Shown here: positions 1-6,200 of the stretch, one piece after another
How the letters are laid out: each line of letters starts with the position of its first letter
Numbering within the stretch: the stretch's first letter is position 1
Virus record (IMG/VR): IMGVR_UViG_3300021255_001482
Coordinates: 1-10,381 of that record
Reading direction: 5' to 3' (one strand)
DNA: 10,381 bases
From: a virus
Taxonomy: Duplodnaviria > Heunggongvirae > Uroviricota > Caudoviricetes
Notes under the pieces: model-generated
Seen by the model: only the letters and a program-made list of their open reading frames with translations
Told to the model about the DNA's origin: nothing
Databases searched by the model: none
Program-made: the position numbers and the translations under genes

Positions 1-291
1 CGTAATGCTGTAAGTATGGTTGCGCGCACATTGTTTTCTGATAAAGAGCTTGAAGGTAAGTCTACCGAAGAGCGCAAGCAAATGATGGCAGAAAAGTATA
101 AGGTGGATTGGAACTTAATTCTTTCTTTCTATCGTAAGGGTGTTTGCGTGCGTAAATATGAATGTGTAGAATCTTTCACGCGGCCGGATGGCACCAAAAT
201 TGAAGTTCCTCGTAAACGTTGGAACGTAGAAAAGTGCATTCCTTCTTTCCAAGAACATCCAGAATATATAAATGAGTTAGTCAATATTTGA
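1..291 (+). CDS. thg1: Thg1-like protein (tRNA(His) guanylyltransferase / 3'-5' RNA polymerase family), C-terminal part; 5' end lies outside the window
   Basis: The frame is open from base 1 (CGT AAT GCT GTA AGT ATG...), so ATG16 is probably internal. The translation RNAVSMVARTLFSDKELEGK...EKYKVDWNLI...RKGVCVRK...RKRWNVEKCIPSF...EYINELV matches the C-terminal pattern I recognise from bacterial Thg1-like proteins (KNS(I)SMVA..F.HK.L.G...WN.L...KRG.C..K...R.RW.V...P...Y...V). The catalytic N-terminal domain is not visible. Confidence 0.85.
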   Translation, partial: RNAVSMVARTLFSDKELEGKSTEERKQMMAEKYKVDWNLILSFYRKGVCVRKYECVESFTRPDGTKIEVPRKRWNVEKCIPSFQEHPEYINELVNI

Positions 292-298
292 CTAACTC
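274..298. repeat. Perfect 11-bp inverted repeat with 3-nt spacer (operator-like palindrome or RNA hairpin)
   Basis: GAGTTAGTCAA (274-284), TAT, TTGACTAACTC (288-298). The arms are exact reverse complements. The repeat contains the thg1 stop codon and the -35 box. Confidence 0.9.
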
Positions 299-316
299 TT
301 AAATTTATGATATAAT
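288..316 (+). promoter_or_regulatory. Sigma70/SigA-type promoter with extended -10
   Basis: -35 TTGACT (288-293), 17-nt spacer, TG at 308-309 and a consensus -10 TATAAT (311-316), directly upstream of the deaminase gene. Confidence 0.85.
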
Positions 317-345
317 AATTATATCAAATGAAGGGAGAAAATATT

Positions 346-771
346 TTGAAAAGTGATAGTCATTTGTTTAGATTGGCGCGAGAATGTAGTTTCAAATCAG
401 ATTATAGCGGCTGTGGACGGGCTCGTATAGGTGCGGTAATATCCTATAAAGGCACCGTGCTCGCAAAAGGCTTTAATACTGACCGCACGCATACTGACCA
501 AGCCAAATATAATAAATGGCGTTATAAAGACAATACTTCAAAGTATCTGCCAGAGAAACTTCATGCGGAGCTCTCTGCTTTGCGGAAGATTAAATATCTT
601 GATATTGACTTTTCTAAGGTTCATATATATGTTTATCGTGAACTTAGAAATGGTAAATTGGGAATGGCTAGACCGTGTTCGGCTTGTATGGCCGCGATTA
701 AACAACTTGGTATTAAACATGTTCATTACACAACCGATAGCGGTTATGCCGCAGAAAGGATAACAGAATGA
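346..771 (+). CDS. Zn-dependent deaminase, cytidine/dCMP/TadA-like (CDA) fold; substrate unknown
   Basis: HAE motif (562-570) and PCSAC motif (673-687), plus RIGAVI, AKGFN and GIKHVHYTT segments typical of the fold. TTG346 is preferred as start because SD AAGGGAG (331-337) lies 8 nt upstream. The ORF-track ATG328 is only about 11 nt past the -10 box and has no SD. Confidence 0.85.
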   Translation: MKSDSHLFRLARECSFKSDYSGCGRARIGAVISYKGTVLAKGFNTDRTHTDQAKYNKWRYKDNTSKYLPEKLHAELSALRKIKYLDIDFSKVHIYVYRELRNGKLGMARPCSACMAAIKQLGIKHVHYTTDSGYAAERITE

Positions 772-1487
772 AACCAGTAGCGCAGATTCTTTATGGAAGT
801 CAGAATTATCATTTGAATGGCCCTGATTCTGACTGTGATTATAAACTTATCATGATGCCTGACTTCAATGATTTTTATAGCTACCATAAAGTAGATAAAA
901 ATGATTTACCCGAAGGCTATGCCCCCGAGCATTATAATGTTATGAGTATTCTTACTTTTGATAAGAATGTTCGTAAAGGTAATGTCAATGCCTTAGAAAT
1001 GCTTTTCTCTCATTATATTAAATGTGCGGGCGATATTGAAACTTATATTGATGCGGCAAAACGTGCATATGCAGAAGGTTATCTTTTCATTGTATGGGAT
1101 AGTTTTATTGCTACGGTTGAAGGTATGATTAAAAATTCGCTTGATCGCTATGGGGCCAACCGTAAATCTGCTTCGCGTGCACTATATCTTATCAATCTTT
1201 GCTCTTTCGTAGCAGAACATGATTTTGCTATGGATAATACAACCTGGGGAGAATATGAAGTTTTTTCAAGTGCGCGAGAACTTCGTTTTAATGAAGAAAG
1301 AGAACTTCCTACAAAAGAAGCAATTTTTGCGACTTTTGAAGATACGAAACGTTTTGCGGATAATTGTCGTAATTATCATCGTCTTATGTATTCTGAATCT
1401 GAACTTAATTTAATTGCGTCTTGGGACGATGATTTGGCAACTTGTATGAAAAATACTGTAAAAGGATATTTAAAGAAAGAGCTATGA
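768..1487 (+). CDS. DNA polymerase beta-superfamily nucleotidyltransferase, RlaP/T4 NrdC.11-like (Pfam PF10127-type)
   Basis: N-terminal YGSQNYHLNGPDSDCD fits GS-x9-D-x-D (Asp codons at 831 and 837). KGNVNALEMLFS resembles the KGNPNxLExL segment of this family. SD AAAGGA at 755-760; ATGA overlap with the deaminase stop. Confidence 0.8.
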   Translation: MKPVAQILYGSQNYHLNGPDSDCDYKLIMMPDFNDFYSYHKVDKNDLPEGYAPEHYNVMSILTFDKNVRKGNVNALEMLFSHYIKCAGDIETYIDAAKRAYAEGYLFIVWDSFIATVEGMIKNSLDRYGANRKSASRALYLINLCSFVAEHDFAMDNTTWGEYEVFSSARELRFNEERELPTKEAIFATFEDTKRFADNCRNYHRLMYSESELNLIASWDDDLATCMKNTVKGYLKKEL

Positions 1488-1702
1488 GTTTATTTAAAAA
1501 AGAAAAACCTAAATCAGCATTATACTATGCTCTTGATTTGCAAGTTAATGAAGCTAAAGAAGCGGGTAGAACTGCTATTTATTATCCACTAAAAGAAGAC
1601 GAAATTAAACAAGCTGAAGCTTGGGCGTTACATCATCGTTATTGGCTAAGAATTAGTCATAAAACCGAAAAAGATTTAGTTTATAAAATCAGTGGATTTT
1701 AA
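1484..1702 (+). CDS. Hypothetical protein (72 aa, MSLFKKEKPK...)
   Basis: ATG1484 overlaps the upstream TGA (ATGA) and is in frame with the ORF-track 1442..1702 ORF. No recognisable motif. Confidence 0.7.
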   Translation: MSLFKKEKPKSALYYALDLQVNEAKEAGRTAIYYPLKEDEIKQAEAWALHHRYWLRISHKTEKDLVYKISGF

Positions 1703-1715
1703 AGGAGGAATTAGT

Positions 1716-2058
1716 GTGAGAAAAGCACAATATGACGACATTTATACAGAGTGGATTGAAAATCATGTGTTCTTGGAGTTTGAAGATTACGAAGATGAAG
1801 AAGCCTTCGCAAGACATCTCAATAGGCTACATCATTGATTTATACAATAAATTCGCTCGGAATGAAAATGTTGTTTCTATTTTTAAAATTCACGGACAAG
1901 AGTATTGTATTAGGGCAATAACCGAATTTGAATGGGGTAAACCTATTTTTGATAAAAGTATAGATGATGACTTTGATGGTTATTGTGTTTATGATACAAT
2001 AGAAGAAGCAGAAGGATATGTAAGATATTTAAAACAATTAGATGGGAGTAGAATATAG
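1716..2058 (+). pseudogene. Hypothetical gene interrupted by an apparent +1 frameshift (about 113 aa if repaired)
   Basis: Strong SD AAAGGAGG (1701-1708) lies 7 nt before GTG1716, which encodes MRKAQYDDIYTEWIENHVFLEFEDYEDEEAFARHLNRLHH* (TGA 1836-1838). The +1 frame carries IGYIIDLYNKF...DGSRI* (TAG 2056-2058). Removing one A at 1821-1822 joins them as ...EEAFARHLIGYIIDLYNKF... Confidence 0.55.
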
Positions 2059-2059
2059 T

Positions 2060-2299
2060 ATGTGCAAGTATTGTGAAAATGCCGATAATGAACTAGAAGT
2101 TTATTCTGATTTACGACTCCGTGCCTCAATTGAAACCAGGAGAGGTAATCCTTATATTGAAATTTGGGGTTCTTTGGATGGCGGATATTTTGGTTATGCT
2201 GACATTGACGGTGAAATTGAAATTAATTATTGCCCCGTGTGCGGTCGCAAGCTAGCAGAAGTAGCCGACGCTGAATTTGGAGAGATACGGAATGAATAA
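2060..2299 (+). CDS. Small putative zinc-ribbon protein (CxxC ... CPxCG)
   Basis: MCKYC at the N-terminus and YCPVCGRKL near the C-terminus. SD GGGAG (2044-2048) favours ATG2060 over ATG2042. Confidence 0.7.
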   Translation: MCKYCENADNELEVYSDLRLRASIETRRGNPYIEIWGSLDGGYFGYADIDGEIEINYCPVCGRKLAEVADAEFGEIRNE

Positions 2300-2834
2300 T
2301 GTTTTTAAACTTTGGTTTCGTCCATCTTATTATTTTAGACATCCTATCAAATTTTTTAAAGAGATTGTCACGAATTTAAAAGCGGCTTGGATGCGTGCAA
2401 CAAAAGGATATTGTTATACTGATGTATGGAATATTGATACTTGGTTTTGTTTAGTGCTGCCGCCAATGCTCCGTCATATGGCTGACCATGGTAGTGCTTA
2501 TCCAGGGAACGAACCTTTTGAGACACCTAAAAAATGGCATGATTGGCTTCATAGCATAGCTGATGTCATAGAAACTTTCAATGATGAAGATTTTTGGTAT
2601 ACAACCAAGAATGAATTTGCGGAAGAATGGGATAAGGTTTGTAAAGAAGCTCGCTCAATAATTATAGATGATTCTGGAAACTGTAAGATGGTAAAGTATA
2701 ATGAAAGTGACCATTATAAAGAAATCAAAGAACTTTACTTTGCCCGAATGGAAGAAATTTCTAAAGAGCGGCAAGCCCTAATAGAAAACACATTTCATGA
2801 ATTAGGAAAACATTTTGATTGCCTATGGGATTAA
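2292..2834 (+). CDS. Hypothetical phage protein (180 aa), Trp/aromatic-rich
   Basis: SD GGAG (2279-2282) 9 nt before ATG2292, which overlaps the upstream gene by 8 nt. The KGYCYTDVWNIDTWF...LPPML...AYP segment resembles a widespread uncharacterised phage family; no function assigned. Confidence 0.75.
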   Translation: MNNVFKLWFRPSYYFRHPIKFFKEIVTNLKAAWMRATKGYCYTDVWNIDTWFCLVLPPMLRHMADHGSAYPGNEPFETPKKWHDWLHSIADVIETFNDEDFWYTTKNEFAEEWDKVCKEARSIIIDDSGNCKMVKYNESDHYKEIKELYFARMEEISKERQALIENTFHELGKHFDCLWD

Positions 2835-2848
2835 GGAGGAAAAGGATT

Positions 2849-2983
2849 ATGCTATATAGTAAGGAAACTACAATTGCACTGATTAATTATCGTATCAATC
2901 TTATGAAGGCCCGCGGAGAGGCCATGAATATGAAGCTTATTGCCGCACTTGAGCGGGAGAAGCGAAACCTGGAGGGAGCATGA
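2849..2983 (+). CDS. Small hypothetical protein (44 aa), below the ORF-track cut-off
   Basis: SD AAGGAGG (2833-2839) then ATG2849: MLYSKETTIALINYRINLMKARGEAMNMKLIAALEREKRNLEGA*. It fills the intergenic gap exactly and its TGA overlaps ATG2980. Confidence 0.75.
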   Translation: MLYSKETTIALINYRINLMKARGEAMNMKLIAALEREKRNLEGA

Positions 2984-3204
2984 TGGCTTCATTTATAAGT
3001 GATTATAATAGTTTTTTACAATATGGTGGATTAAATAGAGAGGCTTTATTTTATATAATTGAATATCAAAAATATAATAACCAGTATGAAAGATATTCAA
3101 TTCTTCAAAATGAAATACTCGCACATCCGCAAGACTTCAAAGAGCGTTTAAATAATAAAGTATATCGTATTTGGCTCACGGTGCCATATGATAACCCTTG
3201 GTAA
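2980..3204 (+). CDS. Hypothetical protein (73-74 aa)
   Basis: ATGATG start overlapping the upstream stop. SD GGAGG (2971-2975) is better spaced for ATG2983. The gene ends at the terminator. Confidence 0.7.
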   Translation: MMASFISDYNSFLQYGGLNREALFYIIEYQKYNNQYERYSILQNEILAHPQDFKERLNNKVYRIWLTVPYDNPW

Positions 3205-3237
3205 GAAGAAAGTTTGAACTTTCTTCTTTTTATTTTT
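3203..3237 (+). terminator. Rho-independent terminator
   Basis: AAGAAGAAAGT (3203-3213), TTGA loop, ACTTTCTTCTT (3218-3228): an 11-bp perfect stem followed by TTTATTTTT, immediately at the end of the small-gene cluster. Confidence 0.75.
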
Positions 3238-3252
3238 ATTACTACACCCGTG

Positions 3253-3263
3253 AAGGAGGGGTG
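3253..3263 (+). promoter_or_regulatory. Strong ribosome-binding site of the giant ORF
   Basis: AAGGAGGGGTG ends 5 nt before ATG3269; the AAGGAGG core is 9 nt upstream of the ATG. Confidence 0.8.
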
Positions 3264-3268
3264 ATAAA

Positions 3269-6200
3269 ATGGCAATGAATGACAGCTTAAGAATAAGTAA
3301 TGATTGGAAAGTAGGCGATGATATTACTAATTATCCTGAAAAAGATTGGGAAAATGGTAATACAATTGAAGCAGATGCTCTTGATAATATTGAAATTGGA
3401 ATTAGTAATAATAGAACATTATTACAAAAAATAAATAAGATGTTAGATGATGATATTATTACTGCGATCAATAATTTAAATGAACGTACTAATAATATTG
3501 ACGAAGAAGGAATAATTGCTAGAGTAACTAGTAGTATTGGTAATAGTTTACAGGATGCTCAGGATAAAATAAATACAGCGTTAACTGAAGCCCAGCAATC
3601 AATAAACACTCAATTATCTAATTTTAATAATACTATTAGTTCATTAGTTACTATAGAGAATATATATGGTAGTAATACGATAGATAATGGCGAACAAACT
3701 TCTTTTAAAGCTTGGGTGAGTAGTCAAATTACTAATTTAGGAGTAGAAACAATAAAATCTAATGTTAATAATTTATTAAATCGTACTACTGCTTTAGAAG
3801 AACAAATAGGTGACGGTTCTGGAAGCGGAACTTTAATTTCCCGTATATCAACATTAGAAGCGTCAAATGGAAACATTCAATCTTCAATTAATAATATTCA
3901 ATCCTTAGTCGGTGAGGAATATTATAATAATTCTAGCTGGATAACAACTACTGATGATATTAGTACGCGTTTGCATGCTTTAGAGACTGCTACGGTAGAT
4001 TTATCTCCTATAGAAGCGCAAATTGATGCTATAAAAGGTGTATTAGGCATGGAAGGTGGTACAGCTGGTAGTACTTCTGATTTGGTTGGAGATGTAAATA
4101 CTGCCTTAACATTGCTATATGGATATACTATTACACAAGACCCAAATGATTCTAGTAAAAAAATAATTACAAGAAATAATAAACCTGATTTAAATGAATT
4201 TTCTCTTACTAATAGTTATCCAACTTTATATAATGATTTTTATAATGGTGCGAATGGTTCTGTTCCTGTTCAATTAGCGGGATTAGCAACAACAGTAAGT
4301 GAAAATACACAAAATATTCGCAAACTATCTACTAAAGTTGATACATATGATACTGCCATTGAATCTATTAATACAAAATATAGTGGTTCTGATATTGTTA
4401 CTTATCAAGACAGCGGGAATACGTATTTAGCACTTAAAAAAGATCGCACTCAAGACGTAGCACAATCAGAAGAAGATATTCAATCAGATACTAAAATTGA
4501 TTATGTTTTATTACCTAAAATGGGCGGCGGAGGCGGTACAGAGTATGAATTAGATGCCAACATCATACAACAAGAACAACTTCCAATCTTCCCAGTAAAT
4601 AAAATTATTACTTTAGGTAATACTTATGAAGCTAATTTTATTTGGCAGGTTACACAAAATAATACACCACAATCTTTGAATGGAGTTTTAACCGTTCGTT
4701 TAAATAATATAGTCGTTGATACTATATATATTATATCTAATACTAATTTTACATTGAATTTAGGACAATATATAACTTCTACTGGTAATAATTCATTTGT
4801 TCTATTAGTAAGTAATCCCGCGGTACGTCAGCGTACATTATATGATACTATTACTGTTTATAATGCAGTTTTAACTTCTACTTTTAATCATGACATAATC
4901 CAAACAGGCTCTACTATTAATTTCCCTTATGTTGCGGCAATTGGTTCTACAACTGTAGAAAAAACTTTACATATACAAATAGATGACAATGATATTACTT
5001 TAACAGGCAATGTAAGTACTTCTGAATCTTTACGTAGTGTTACTTTCGCAACCCCTGCTGCTGGAGACCATATATTACGAATTTGGTTCACAGCTGATAT
5101 TACAAGCAATGGCTCAAATTCAACACTTACATCTAATATTTTATCTTATGGTATACTTTGCGGTAAAAGCAACAATACACGAATCGTTACTAATCTTACA
5201 CAAACATCTATAGAACAATACAATGTTCTTAGATTTGATTATTTAGTAGTAACTCCAAACATGGAAACTACTCTAGTTAATTTTTATATCAATGATTCAG
5301 TAACGCCAATTCCTTATAGAGTTCCGGCAGAGCATAATACTTTTGAATATCCTGTAACTCAAGCTGGTGGCACGTTAACCATTCGTATTGAAGCTAATGG
5401 CGTGGAAAAAATTCTTCAATTAGAAGTTATTACAAGCACTACCTATGATTTTTCTATTGTAGATGAAGGATTAAAAGTAAAATTAGACGCTGAAGGTAGA
5501 ACAAATGTAGGAAATAATTCTGATTTAATGCAATGGAATAATACTGCTGTATTAGAAAATGATGATCCTTATAAACAGTATTATGGAACATTAAATAATA
5601 ATTTCTTATTTTATAGTGAAAATAATTATGACGGTTGGCTTCGTAATGCAAATGGCCATAACTTTTTAAGATTGCGTAACCGTGATAAAGTTAATATTAA
5701 TTTACCCGTGTTTAATTTTTCTATTTCCAATGGTAAAATTTTAGATGGTATGACTTTTGAAATTGATTTTCAAACTTCTAATGTTACTGATTATACAGCA
5801 CCAATTATTTCTTGCTTTGAGCAGGATAATGCGCAAAGTAAATCTATTATTTTTACGCCTCAAGGATTAACTATTAATAATACAACTGAATTAAAAACCC
5901 AATTTAAAGAAGAAGAACGCTTAACTATTACTATTGTTGTAGAAAATAGTGATAATGGTCCTTTATATCAATTATTTAAAATATATATCAATGGTATTTT
6001 ATCCGCGGCTACTATATATGAAACAACAGCCTTAAATTTTACAGATATTTCTAAAGGTATTATTCAAATCGGATCAGAAAAATGTACCTTAGATATTTAT
6101 TCTATTCGTTTTTATAATAGACCATTAACATTCCCAGAAGTTATTAAAAACTGGATTGCCAATGAAGATGTCTATCAAAATAAAATTAATTATTTTAATC

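Noticed and set aside
16-18. ATG16 as the start of a 91-aa hypothetical protein
   Set aside because: The frame is open to base 1 and the Thg1-like motif (RNAVSM) spans this Met, so it is an internal codon of a truncated gene.
256-284. Divergent minus-strand promoter using the mirrored TTGACT at 284-279
   Set aside because: There is no -10-like hexamer 16-18 nt downstream on the minus strand (TGGATG at the 17-nt position).
538-1413. Alternative-frame or antisense ORFs 538..726(-), 563..763(+) and 1219..1413(+)
   Set aside because: They lie wholly inside motif-bearing genes, have no SD and no protein-like features; these are shadow ORFs.
1836-2058. Stop-codon reassignment (TGA or TAG read-through), as in some large gut phages
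   Set aside because: Reading through TGA1836 meets TAA within four codons. TAG2056 is followed directly by the next start. The 2320-aa ORF is intact under the standard code.
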